A stretch of DNA of 63,440 nt, filler included, from Octopus bimaculoides (Eukaryota), in the NCBI RefSeq assembly GCF_001194135.2. It is 8 parts of 8 records of this genome, joined end to end, with 100 filler letters (N's around TTAATTAATTAA, not from the genome) between each part and the next. Parts side by side here need not be neighbours in the genome. Positions count along the whole stretch, not along the records: positions 30,554 to 40,666 come from NC_068984.1; positions 40,767 to 45,066 come from NW_026389906.1; positions 45,167 to 56,765 come from NC_068991.1; 5 more parts are not named here. One strand, written 5' to 3'. The notes under the pieces were generated by a model. It ran no database searches, had not been told where the DNA came from, and saw only the letters and a program-made list of their open reading frames with translations. The position numbers and the translations under genes were made by a program. Below, one piece after another: positions 38,185-50,780 of the stretch (position 1 is its first letter; each line of letters starts with the position of its first letter).

Positions 38185-38307
38185 AATAAGCAACAAGGAT
38201 ATCCAAAAGTAATACAGTACGATCCTTTCATGCAATTCCAGCTCAATTAAATCGAATCGCATGAAACGATCGTACTGCATGACTTTTGGATATCTTTGTT
38301 GCTTATT
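38185..38307. repeat. About 49-bp-arm imperfect inverted repeat (hairpin), 25-nt loop
   Basis: AATAAGCAACAAGGATATCCAAAAGT....CAGTACGATCCTTTCATGC versus GCATGAAACGATCGTACTG....ACTTTTGGATATCTTTGTTGCTTATT. Confidence 0.88.
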
Positions 38308-39991
38308 TTCATATATGTATATATATATATAGGATGCGAAAATAAGAAGAAAATGGAGAATAAATGGATGTAATTACTGATTTATTTGCATGTTGTAGAG
38401 AGATGACGTTTTTCTAAAAATAGGATTACAAATAAATTGGAAACTTAAAGCTCTCAAAAGTTGATAAAAAAAACTTTAAAAAACTACATATATGTTTCTG
38501 TCAAACTATTAAGTAGAAGGTAATCTCCAACTCATGTTGTTTAATGTCAAGGAAATTGCCACCTTCATACTATTTTATGGTTAGACTTCTAGAGGGTTCA
38601 AAAAGAGCGGACTCCACTTCGGGGATCATTATATCTTTTAAGGGAAGTGTGTAGTGTTAGCAGGTTAAAGTTAAAAGATATGTATAGAGACTTTTTATGA
38701 TTAGTGGGTTTGGAATATTTGTGGATATACTACATACATATACAAAATATCATGATTATTAAACAGATAAATAAATAGAAAAATAAAAAAGAAATATATT
38801 AAAAAATTTTAAATAAATCAATATAAAAGTAAATTCTATAGATGATTTTAATTGATTTAGCAAGAGATACATACGTTGTTATGATTCAGGTTAGATGCAA
38901 ATTTGAAAAAATAAGTCGTTGTGATGCTTGACCAGCGAAGCTTACTTATCGAATCGTTATTGATTAGGTATGTAGATGCATATTTGAATGCAGTTGAGAG
39001 GTTAACAAGAATAGGATATGAAATACCAAGTATATAGTGGCTCATACGTGTTTATTTGAGCATATATTTGCAACAAATAAATAAATAAATAAACATGCAT
39101 ATGAATACGTGTATATCTGCGCACATAGATGCATGCGTATAGATAAACATAAACCATAAACATAAACAAATGCATGCACATGTATGAAAAAGTATATGCA
39201 GGCGTATCGATATACAGAAAAAACACACCTATATAGGTAGGGATTTGGACAAAATATAGCTGAAGGAGGTTTATAACGAAAAGAAAAATGTGGGAGGCTT
39301 TCTGATAGGTATTTAATTTATTGGTAGATTATTAGGTTAAATGAAATAGTAGGTGCTTAAAAACCAAATTTGATTTGGTATTAGTAATACTAAACGGTAA
39401 GAAGACGAGGGAAACAGATTAACCAAAGATAGGGGGAAAAGAAGACTACGGTTGTTAATGATCCATAAATTACTTATGTTTAAATTTGTTTTATACGGGT
39501 TTGATATAAATAAAAGTGGAAATAGATGTTATGATAATTGCGCTAAAGAGTAGGAAACTAGGATGAGAATATATCGAGGTTCTCGTAAAGAAATTAGGTA
39601 CTATAAGGAAGATATATTTTGCAGGTGTGAGGTTAATATTCTAAAAAGTTAATTGAGAGGGAAAAGTAAGATTAATAGGAGGGAGAATACGGAGATTAGA
39701 TTATCTATATATTTTTTGAAAGAATGTCAGTGTGCGCGGGTCTTTTTGGATATATAAAAATAGACGGAATTTAAGTTCTGTTACGTACGCAACCAATTAG
39801 GATTTCCTATATATATACGTACGCAACCAATTAGGATTTCCTATATATATATATGTAAAATAGTGTACATTTAACACATTAGAGATGCCCATAAGGGGCA
39901 TCTAACCCGCTAGAAAGAGCAGCCAAGGCTCTGCACCACAAAAAAGGGATAGTTTCGAAAAGGAATGAAAAATAAAAGCATTTACCATCTA

Positions 39992-40068
39992 TATTTCGAA
40001 CCGGGTTTCAAGTTATTTTAGCAAAATAAACTATTTATTATGCCAGGCCAACTATCATCAACGAAATA
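39992..40068 (-). ncRNA. Hammerhead ribozyme copy with C3U core change (inverted partner of 40328-40404)
   Basis: Core reads TTGATGA. Same stems as the partner, with a compensatory A-T versus T-A pair in the stem II hairpin. Confidence 0.65.
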
Positions 40069-40327
40069 GCCTAGAGCGACCATATATGCACGAGGCACTC
40101 CATCTGACTTGTGCATATATGTCTAATTTTTCAAAATTACCGCGCATGTGCGGAATATCTAATCGGCAGCAAATACAAAAATAAAAAATTACGATTTTTA
40201 AGAAATTAGCCAAAAGCATTCGCTACACCACTGGTAGTAANNNNNNNNNNGCGCGGTAATTTTGAAAAATTAGACATATATGCACAAGTCAGATGGAGTG
40301 CCTCGTGCATATATGGTCGCTCTAGGC

Positions 40328-40404
40328 TATTTCGCTGATGATAGTTGGCTTGGCAGAATATAGAGTATATTTTGCTAAAATAACTTGAAACCCGGTTCGA
40401 AATA
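40328..40404 (+). ncRNA. Type-I hammerhead ribozyme, intact core, long stem II
   Basis: TATTTCG / CTGATGA / T-AGTTG..TGGCAGAATAT-agagt-ATATTTTGCTA..TAACT-T / GAAAC-CCG-GTT / CGAAATA. Stem I 7 bp, U.U mismatch at the base of stem II, GUU triplet. Confidence 0.75.
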
Positions 40405-40634
40405 TAGATGGTAAATGCTTTTATTTTTCGTTCCTTTTCGAAATTATCCCTTTTTTGTGGTGCAGAGACTTGGCTGCTCTTTCTAGCGGGTTAGATGCCC
40501 TTTATTGGCATCTCTAATGTGTATTAAATGTACACTATTTTACATGAATAATATATAGTCTGTTGACTAGTTTTCTTCTCGCTACAGCACTGGTAGTAAT
40601 TAAATTTCTTAATGTTTTGCTACCCTTAGACTTA

Positions 40635-40666
<32 letters not shown>

Positions 40667-41599
40667 NNNNNNNNNNNNNNNNNNNNNNNNNNNNNNNNNN
40701 NNNNNNNNNNTTAATTAATTAANNNNNNNNNNNNNNNNNNNNNNNNNNNNNNNNNNNNNNNNNNNNCACCTACAGACATGTATGCATAATTACATGCACA
40801 AAGACACACACACATACATGTATATTTACATACACATACACACATTTATTTCAGCTAATCACAAAGAAACATACATATGTACAGATGTACATGCATCCAT
40901 GTATGTATGTATATATGTATGTATGTATATATGTATGTANNNNNNNNNNTATATATATATATATATATATATAATACACACACACACACATTTAGCTACT
41001 GGTGCACACAAATATAGTTACTTTCACACACAGAGGCATACTAGTTGCATACACCTACAGACATGTATGCATAATTACATGCACAAAGACACACACACAT
41101 ACATGTATATTTACATACACATACACACATTTATTTCAGCTAATCACAAAGAAACATACATATGTACAGATGTACATGCATCCATGTATGTATGTATATA
41201 TGTATGTATGTATATATGTATGTATATATGTATATATGTATTATGTATGTATGTATGTATGTATGCATGTATGCATGTATGTATGCATGTATGTAGATGA
41301 ACAAACAAATCCAGCAACCAATGGGTGGTGGTGGATGGAGGTAGGGAAGTGTGGTGACCTAACAGATGTGTATAAAATGAGCAATGAAATGTCATCTGAT
41401 CTACACAACAGGAAAGATAGAAAAAAAACAACAACAAAACAAAGGAAATAATGAAATAAAAATAAAAGAAAAAGAAAAAACAATATATGTACATATATAC
41501 ACACATACTTTACAAAAGTAATATGGATAACATACATATTCTCTCTTTCCCACATACATATTCTCTCTTTCTCTTTCCCATATCTCTCTCTCTCTGTAT

Positions 41600-42060
41600 A
41601 CACCCTTGTTTTGGATTGGGCTGGATGACGAACAAAAGTGTGGAGTGGAGTGAAAGCGTTTGAAGAGGCCAGGATAACACATGCAAAACTCAAGAGATAT
41701 TTATAGAAGAATGTTACGATCGAGAAGATGAATCACAACGACCATTTTGTGTGCACAGTTTGTGACAGACCATGCCTTTCTTTTGCTGGGCTCAAATCTC
41801 ATTTGTGAACCCATGGGAAACGAACCTGCACCAACTATTCTGCCTATATCTCTGTGCACACCTTTCAATGCCATGTATGCCATAAGATATGCAAATCTAA
41901 CAGAAGCCTCAAAAGATATTTTAAGATCCACAGAGATCAGAACTTATCTGCAGCTCTTGGTGGTCCAAATCAGATATGCAATCTATGCGAGTGTCTTTTC
42001 AAAACATTGTCTTGTTGAAAATTACCATTTTAAAATCTCACAACGAGAGATATTCAGCAA
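41600..42060 (+). mobile_element. RTE LINE ORF2 C-terminus carrying three C2H2-type fingers, decayed
   Basis: One frame: VWSGVKAFEEARITHAKLKR...FVCTVCDRPCLSFAGLKSHL*TH...FQCHVCHKICKSNRSLKRYFKIH...QICNLCECLFKTLSC*. Confidence 0.75.
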
Positions 42061-42068
42061 CAGTACTT

Positions 42069-42288
42069 TGTAGTAAAGATTGTTTGCCAACATAACATGG
42101 CAGTCCTGGTTTAGGACTAATATTACTGTAATTTAGCCACAGGTGCTAGATTCCCTTTGTTCGAAAGTATAAGGACACAGATCATGTCGTATAGCCAGCT
42201 GGAGATGATGTCTCCTGGGGCTAAATTTGAGTAACATTAGTCCTAAACCAGGACTGCCATGTTATGTTGGCAAACAATCTTTACTACA
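42069..42288. mobile_element. 220-bp MITE with 53-bp perfect TIRs and TGT...ACA ends
   Basis: TIRs 42069-42121 and 42236-42288. Flanks ACTT / ACTG are a possible 4-bp TSD with one mismatch. Confidence 0.88.
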
Positions 42289-44327
42289 ACTGATGGTTTG
42301 TTGACATCCATATAACTTTTAGCAGCAATTCAACGTAAGTAACCGATAGGATAAGTACCAGACTTTAAAAAAAAAAAAGGAAGAATTGGGGTTGATTTGT
42401 TTGACGAAACCCCTAAAGATAGTGGCTTCAGCATGGCCACAGTCCAATGACTGAAACAAGTAAAAGATAAGAGATATAATATAAAAGACAAGAGTATATG
42501 TGTGTTTGGTACACTCGGCCACTTTCATCCTAATTCAATGAGCAGGAAGCTTTCATACAAGTGAACGAGCGAGCACACACCATTGAAATCGAGAGAAAAA
42601 CGCCATTTTTGCTTAGCTTTATGTAACCAGGTTATTCCTAGGCATGTAGCAATGACTTAAGCAGAGAAACAATAGCGACAAAAGAAGAAAAGATTCAGGG
42701 AAGGAAAGAGTTGTCACGATCCAGCTGGAAGTTATCTGAGACAAGAACTAAAATGGCTGCAGCAGTAGTTTAGGTTAGTAATGGCGGTACAGGGTAGGAA
42801 AAGACTGTTGTGCGTGTATTTATGTAATACATGTACACACACACACACATATATATACATACATACACACATATATATATATATACATATACATACGTAC
42901 ATATATACATATACAAACATACATATATATACATATACACACATATATATACATATACATACACACACACATATATATAGATATACATACACACATATAT
43001 ATACATATACATACACACACACACATATATATATACATATACACATATATATACTTATACAGACACACATATATATACATATACAGACACGTATATATAC
43101 ATATTTATATATTCATATACATATTTATATATTCATATACNNNNNNNNNNNNNNNNNNNNNNNNNNNNNNNNNNNNNNNNNNNNNNNNNNNNNNNNNNNN
43201 NNNNNNNNNNNNNNNNNNNNNNNNNNNNNNNNNNNNNNNNNNNNNNNNNNNNNNNNNNNNNNNNNNNNNNNNNNNNNNNNNNNNNNNNNNNNNNNNNNNN
43301 NNNNNNNNNNNNNNNNNNNNNNNNNNNNNNNNNNNNNNNNNNNNNNNNNNNNNNNNNNNNNNNNNNNNNNNNNNNNNNNNNNNNNNNNNNNNNNNNNNNN
43401 NNNNNNNNNNNNNNNNNNNNNNNNNNNNNNNNNNNNNNNNNNNNNNNNNNNNNNNNNNNNNNNNNNNNNNNNNNNNNNNNNNNNNNNNNNNNNNNNNNNN
43501 NNNNNNNNNNNNNNNNNNNNNNNNNNNNNNNNNNNNNNNNNNNNNNNNNNNNNNNNNNNNNNNNNNNNNNNNNNNNNNNNNNNNNNNNNNNNNNNNNNNN
43601 NNNNNNNNNNNNNNNNNNNNNNNNNNNNNNNNNNNNNNNNNNNNNNNNNNNNNNNNNNNNNNNNNNNNNNNNNNNNNNNNNNNNNNNNNNNNNNNNNNNN
43701 NNNNNNNNNNNNNNNNNNNNNNNNNNNNNNNNNNNNNNNNNNNNNNNNNNNNNNNNNNNNNNNNNNNNNNNNNNNNNNNNNNNNNNNNNNNNNNNNNNNN
43801 NNNNNNNNNNNNNNNNNNNNNNNNNNNNNNNNNNNNNNNNNNNNNNNNNNNNNNNNNNNNNNNNNNNNNNNNNNNNNNNNNNNNNNNNNNNNNNNNNNNN
43901 NNNNNNNNNNNNNNNNNNNNNNNNNNNNNNNNNNNNNNNNNNNNNNNNNNNNNNNNNNNNNNNNNNNNNNNNNNNNNNNNNNNNNNNNNNNNNNNNNNNN
44001 NNNNNNNNNNNNNNNNNNNNNNNNNNNNNNNNNNNNNNNNNNNNNNNNNNNNNNNNNNNNNNNNNNNNNNNNNNNNNNNNNNNNNNNNNNNNNNNNNNNN
44101 NNNNNNNNNNNNNNNNNNNNNNNNNNNNNNNNNNTATATATATATATATATATATGTAAGTAGCTGTAAGAAGCTTGCTTCCCAACCACATGGTTCAGTG
44201 TTCAGTCCCACTGAGTTGGATGCTAGCCCATCACAAGGTTAGCTTCCCAGCAATCACAGGTACTGATAGTTGGACAGAGAGAGAACTGAACCAGCTAAAT
44301 GCTGGTGTAGTTCTCTTTGATTTTCAG

Positions 44328-44740
44328 TGAAGGCATATGGTCCAGTGGTTAAGGTGTCGGACTCTTGATTGTAAGATTGTGGCTTCGATTCCTGGACCAG
44401 GTGACATGTTGTGTTCTACAGCAAAACACTTCATTTCACATTGCTCCAGTCCACTCAACTGAAAGTACCTGTGATAGCTGGGAAGTTAACCCTGTGATAG
44501 ACTAGCATCCTATCATGGAGGTGCATGGCTTAGTGGTTAGGGTGTTGGACTCATGATTGTAAGACAGTGGTTTCGATTCCTGGACCAGGCGACATGTGTT
44601 CTAGAACAAAACATTTCATTTCACGTTGGTCCAGTCAACTCAACTGGCAAAAATGAGTAATCTTGTGATGGACTGGTGACCCATCCAGGTGGAGAATTTA
44701 TATGCCATGAAACCAGGAAACTGGCCCTTATGAGTTAGTA
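44328..44740 (+). mobile_element. Two tandem SINE heads (family A-related)
   Basis: Repeated AGTGGTTA(A/G)GGTGT..GACTC..GATTGTAAGA..TTCGATTCCTGGACCAG at about 44330 and 44520. Related minus-strand copies at about 46440-46710 and 51300-51750. Confidence 0.75.
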
Positions 44741-45887
44741 TGACTCAAAAAGGTAACTTTACATTTACTTTTTACCAGGATCCTGCTGTGTGTGTGTGTG
44801 TGTGTGTTCTTGAAAAATAAGGGGTGTTACCTTAGATCACAGGTAGTGAACAGCTGACACTGTAGTACATCTCTAGCGTTAGAAGCTGTGCAAAGACAAT
44901 AAAATAATAGTAATAATAATAATTTCAAATTTTGGCACAAGGCCAGAAATTTTAGGGGAGGGGTAAGTTGATTATATTGATCCCCAGTGCTCAACTGGTA
45001 CTTATTTTGTTGACCTCAAAAGGATCATCATCATCATCATCATCGTTTAACGTCCGCTTTCCATGCNNNNNNNNNNNNNNNNNNNNNNNNNNNNNNNNNN
45101 NNNNNNNNNNTTAATTAATTAANNNNNNNNNNNNNNNNNNNNNNNNNNNNNNNNNNNNNNNNNNNNATACACATATATATGCATTCGTACATGTATAATA
45201 TCTGTTTTTCTTCTTCAATCTCTCAGCATCTCACTCTCATTCTCTCTCTCATTCTGTCTCTCTCCCTCATTGTCTCTCTCACTCACTCTCTCACTCTCTC
45301 TCTCTCTATCACTCCCTTTACCCTTGTCTTCCTTTCCATTTCTGTCTCTTCCACTTTCGGTGATATCATTCCTTGTAATTCTTGTTTCCTTTTTCCTTTA
45401 CTTTTTTTAAAATTTTTTCTTAATTTTTTTTTTCCCCTTATCAAATAATATTCAGTTAAAGGAGACAGTATGTCGCCTCTAACTTAGAATATCATTCATT
45501 TTTATCTTTATTTTATCATCAGTTTATTATGTTTTATTTCGCATGTTCCGGCAGAGAATTAAGCAGAAAATAGGACTCTGTATGTTTCACCTTAAGAAAT
45601 ATAACAACCATTTTTCCCTCGGAGACACATCCAAATTTTGACTTAAAAATTTTGAAAAACCGATTAAACGTACAAAGGTCACCATATTTTCACATACTTA
45701 ACCAAAAGTTCTATCAGTTGTTTGGTAATATACAAATTCTGTATTTACATCCATCCATCCATCCATCTATTCATCCATCCATTTATTCATGCAGGCATGC
45801 ATCCATTCATCCATCTATACATACATACATACAATGTTGAAATTCTAATGAAGGAGCCTCGGCTTTTTTCTCTATTGGCAAGATATA

Positions 45888-46298
45888 GGCGCAGGAGTGG
45901 CTGTGTGGTAAGTAGCTTGCTTACGAACCACATGGTTCTCGTTTCAGTCCCACTTCGTGACACCTTAGGTAAGTGTCTTCTACTATAGCCTCGGGCCGAC
46001 CAAAACCTTGTGAGTGGATTTGGTAGACGGAAACTGAAAGAAGCCCGTCGTATATATGTATATATATATATGTGCATGCGTGTGTATATGTTTGTGTGTC
46101 TGTGTTTGTCCCCTACCCCCGGCATCGCTTGACAACCGATGGTGGTGTGTTTACGTCCCCGTAACCTAGCGTTTCGGCAAAAGAGACCGATAGAATAAGT
46201 ACTAGTCTTACAAAGAATAAGTCCTGGAGTCGATTTGCTCGACTAAAGGCAGTGCTCCATCATGGCCGCAGTCAAATGACTGAAACAAGTAAAAGAGT
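45888..46298 (+). mobile_element. Full-length tRNA-derived SINE family B
   Basis: GGCGCAGGAGTGGCTGTGTGGTAAG head through the GAAACAAGTAAAAGAG tail. Related copies at about 16130-16262(-), 36740-37058(+), 42330-42475(+), 46757-47148(+), 48935-49990(-), 50030-50190(+), 50905-51035(-), 56245-56545 and 57290-57582(+). Confidence 0.88.
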
Positions 46299-47437
46299 AT
46301 AACTTGAAATAAAACTGAATAGTTACATACATAAACTCGACTCCGTCGGTCACAAATGACAATTGGTGCACTTCAGAGGATTCCCCTCCGGGGTACAAGT
46401 CTGAGCAGACAGTCGCCTCACCGGCGAACGCACAATCAAGGGTTGTTATTTTATGGAAGACCAGCTGTCCCCCATGCATACCAGCCTCCCCTCTCCACGC
46501 CACTGATGTTATCCCAAGGAAAGGCAAAGGGGCCGATGCAGCTTGGCACCAGTGACATCGCAACTCATTTCTACATCTGGATGAACTGGAACAAATGCGA
46601 AATAAAATATCTTGCTCAAGAACACAACATGCAGCCCGGTCCGGGAGTCAAACTCACAACATCACGATCGTAAGCTCGACGCTTTAACCACTGAGATATG
46701 CAACTTCACAATTACGTACATAGATTACATACATATTACCTTCACAATTACATACATGGTAAGTAGCTTGCTTACCAACCACATGGTTCCGGGTTCAGTC
46801 CCACTGCGTGGCACCTTGGGGAAGTGTCTTCTACTATAGCCTCGGGCCGACCAAAGCCTTGTGAGTGGATTTGGTAGACGGAAACTGGAAGAAGTCCGTC
46901 GTATATATGTATATATATGTATGTGCTTCTGTGTCTGTTTTTGTCCCCCCCCTCCCCCCATCATCGCTTGACAACCGATGCTGGTGTGTTCACGTCCCCG
47001 TAACTTAGCGGTTCGGCAAAAAGTGACCCGATAGAATAAGTACTAGACTTACAAAGAATAAGTCCTGGGGTCGATTTGATTCGACTAAAGGCGGTGCTCC
47101 AGCATGGCCGCAGTCAAATGACTGAAACAAGTAAAAGAGTAAAAGAGTATATGCATGTATACATATACATACGCATATATATATTTAGATATGTATATAT
47201 ATATATGTATGTGTGCGTGTGTGCGTGTGTGCGTGTGTGCGTGCGTGCGCGCGTATGTATACATATGTTTATGCAAATACACGCACATACAGACATACCC
47301 ACAGAGATACCCACAACATATATACAAATATGTATGTATATTTGTAATTGTATACAATATGCAAATAACAATATACATACATACGTATGTATGTATGTAT
47401 GTACGTATGTATGCATGTATGCATGCATGCATGTATA

Positions 47438-47509
<72 letters not shown>

Positions 47510-48115
47510 CCTTTCTACTACAGGTACAAGGCCTGAAATTTGTGGGGAAGGGGATTGGTCGATTACAACAGCCCCANNNNNNNNNNNNNNNNNNNNNNNN
47601 NNNNNNNNNNNNNNNNNNNNNNNNNNNNNNNNNNNNNNNNNNNNNNNNNNNNNNNNNNNNNNNNNNNNNNNNNNNNNNNNNNNNNNNNNNNNNNNNNNNN
47701 NNNNNNNNNNNNNNNNNNNNNNNNNNNNNNNNNNNNNNNNNNNNNNNNNNNNNNNNNNNNNNNNNNNNNNNNNNNNNNNNNNNNNNNNNNNNNNNNNNNN
47801 NNNNNNNNNNNNNNNNNNNNNNNNNNNNNNNNNNNNNNNNNNNNNNNNNNNNNNNNNNNNNNNNNNNNNNNNNNNNNNNNNNNNNNNNNNNNNNNNNNNN
47901 NNNNNNNNNNNNNNNNNNNNNNNNNNNNNNNNNNNNNNNNNNNNNNNNNNNNNNNNNNNNNNNNNNNNNNNNNNNNNNNNNNNNNNNNNNNNNNNNNNNN
48001 NNNNNNNNNNNNNNNNNNNNNNNNNNNNNNNNNNNNNNNNNNNNNNNNNNNNNNNNNNNNNNNNNNNNNAAGAAGAAGAAGAAGAAGAAGAAGGAAGAAG
48101 AAGAAGAAGAAGTAG

Positions 48116-48751
48116 GATGCCGAAAAGGGGCCGGGGAACGGAGGATTAGCTCTTAGTTGATAATCTAATTATCAGGAATGCAAGAGAAGACATGCAAATC
48201 TGGGTTCACTATCGCAAAGCATACGATATGATAGAACATTCCTGGAAATGGAAATGTATGGAGCAGCAGAGAATATGAGAAGCCTTATATGGAACAGCAT
48301 GAAATATGGGAGAGCGGAATTGACAGCAGGGATGTAAATATTAGGAGAGGTGAAAAATCAAGAGAGGGATCTTCCAGTGGAGCAGTGTGTCCCCACTGTC
48401 ATTCTTGCTGGAAACGATCTCCTTGAGTGAAATACTACAGAAAAGAAAGTTGGGGTGTAATCTGGGAAGATGTAAGAGAAAACTAAACCACTTGCTATTC
48501 ATGGACGACCTGAAGCTATTCACAAAAGCTGAGGCAGAACTGGGCAGCTTAGTCTAGTCTGTGCGGATTTTTTCCAATGATATTAAGATGGAGTTTGGAC
48601 TCTCAAAACGTGCTACGATGGTGATGAGATGAGGAAAGCTTGCCAGTACAGAAGGCATATGGTTGCCAAGTGGTGAAATGATGAAGGCAATTCAAACTCA
48701 ATCCAGTTATAAATACCTGGGAATACTTGAAGTGGATGGAATCAAACATGC
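48116..48751 (+). mobile_element. R4/Dong-like non-LTR retrotransposon RT fragment, decayed
   Basis: WVHYRKAYDMIEHSW...VKIKRGIFQ..SVSPLSF...KLNHLLFMDDLKLF...MEFGLSK...YKYLGILE. The FMDD motif is at about 48498-48509. Confidence 0.85.
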
Positions 48752-50489
48752 ATGGTATGGGGCATGGTCTTGGATTCAGTCTCAATGAGTAGCACCTTGA
48801 GCAAGTGTCTTCTACTATAATCCCAGTCTGGGGCTGTTGTAGAAGACACTTGCGCATAAATATGTGCATGTGTATGCATCTATGTGTGTATGTGCGTATT
48901 TTCGGTTGTCCTCTAGCACTGGCTCGTTTGCACTTTTATTTGTTTTAGACATTTCACTGCGGCCATGGCGGAACACCGCCTGTAAGGGTTTTGGTCAAAG
49001 AAATCGATCCCAGGACTAATTCTTTGTAAGCTTAGTGCTTATCACATCGGTATCTTTTGCCGGACTGCTAATTTACGGGGACATAAACACACCAGCACCG
49101 GTTGTCAAGCGATGGCGGGAGAAACAAACACAGACGTCACCCCCCCCCATATATATATATATATATATANNNNNNNNNNNNNNNNNNNNNNNNNNNNNNN
49201 NNNNNNNNNNNNNNNNNNNNNNNNNNNNNNNNNNNNNNNNNNNNNNNNNNNNNNNNNNNNNNNNNNNNNNNNNNNNNNNNNNNNNNNNNNNNNNNNNNNN
49301 NNNNNNNNNNNNNNNNNNNNNNNNNNNNNNNNNNNNNNNNNNNNNNNNNNNNNNNNNNNNNNNNNNNNNNNNNNNNNNNNNNNNNNNNNNNNNNNNNNNN
49401 NNNNNNNNNNNNNNNNNNNNNNNNNNNNNNNNNNNNNNNNNNNNNNNNNNNNNNNNNNNNNNNNNNNNNNNNNNNNNNNNNNNNNNNNNNNNNNNNNNNN
49501 NNNNNNNNNNNNNNNNNNNNNNNNNNNNNNNNNNNNNNNNNNNNNNNNNNNNNNNNNNNNNNNNNNNNNNNNNNNNNNNNNNNNNNNNNNNNNNNNNNNN
49601 NNNNNNNNNNNNNNNNNNNNNNNNNNNNNNNNNNNNNNNAACATATACACACGCATACACATATATATACATATATACGACGGGCTTCTTTCAGTTTCCG
49701 TCTACCAAATCCACTCACAAGGCTTTGGTCGGCCCGAGGCTATAGTAGAAGACACTTGCCCAAAGTACCATGCAGTGGGACTGAACCCGGAACTATGTGG
49801 TTGGTAAGCAAACTACTTACCACACAGCCACTCCTGCGCCTATACGACGGGCTTCTTTCAGTTTCCGTCTACGAAATAAACTCATAAGTATTTAGTCGAC
49901 CCGAGGTTAAGGTAGAGGACACTTGCTCAAGGTGCAACGCAGTGGAACTAAACCGGGAAACATGTGGTTGAGAAGCAAGCCTCTTGCCACACAGCCGTAC
50001 TTCCTGATAACCGGTGTTAGTTTGTTTCCGTCTCCGTAGCTTAACACTTCAGCAAAAGCGACCGATAGAATAAATACCAGGCTTATAAATAAATAAAAAA
50101 ACATAAGTACTACAGGTGATTTGTTCGACTAAAGTCTTCAAGGCGGTGCCCCAGCATGGCCGCATTTCTATGACTGAAAGCAAATAAATGATTAAAAAAA
50201 TAACAGAAATATCTGTTGTACTTTGAGCTTTATTTTAGCATCATTTGATCCCTGAGAGGGCTCACTTATAACCAAAAGTTTTCCAGCCATGCCCATCCGG
50301 CTTAACTTATCTTGAAACCACATTATCAAATGTATTGCTGTTGTTTGTCGTTGATGAGTTTGTTCTTTGTTGTTGTACTTACAGGTCTAACAGATATACG
50401 ATCAAAGGCTTTCCAGTCGTGACCCACATAGATTGCTCTCGCACACATACATCACATATATATATACATGCATACCAGTACATACCTGC

Positions 50490-50780
50490 ATACATACATA
50501 CATACATACATACATGTTTATCATTTGAGTATATATGAGCATGTCTAGACATGCAACTATATGCATGAGAAATACATACATAACGCAAAATATACAAATC
50601 TGTGTATATGCATACATACATACATACATACATACATACATGCATGCATGCATGCATACACACATACATACATACATACATACATACTTACATACATGCA
50701 TACATATATACATACGTACGTACGTACGTACATACATACATACATACATACATACATACATACATACATACATACATACA
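50490..50780. repeat. (CATA)n microsatellite
   Basis: Direct observation. Similar tracts occur at about 62410-63260, and many further (TA)n, (CA)n, (GA)n, (GATA)n and (CAT)n tracts are not itemised. Confidence 0.95.

Larger units (their letters stand above)
39853..40545. mobile_element. Foldback structure with about 295-bp inverted arms, each containing a hammerhead motif
   Basis: Arms 39853-40145 and 40251-40545 are clearly homologous but differ at many scattered positions, so this is not a read-overlap artifact. A 10-N gap lies at the inner edge of the right arm. Confidence 0.8.

Noticed and set aside
38380-39780. Long strand-skewed unique-looking region, possibly a decayed Penelope or a NUMT
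   Set aside because: No diagnostic motif could be read in any frame.
40767-41222. About 170-bp exact direct duplication (40767-40939 versus 41053-41222)
   Set aside because: Identical copies flank a 10-N gap, typical of an unmerged contig overlap. The same applies to about 63040-63155.
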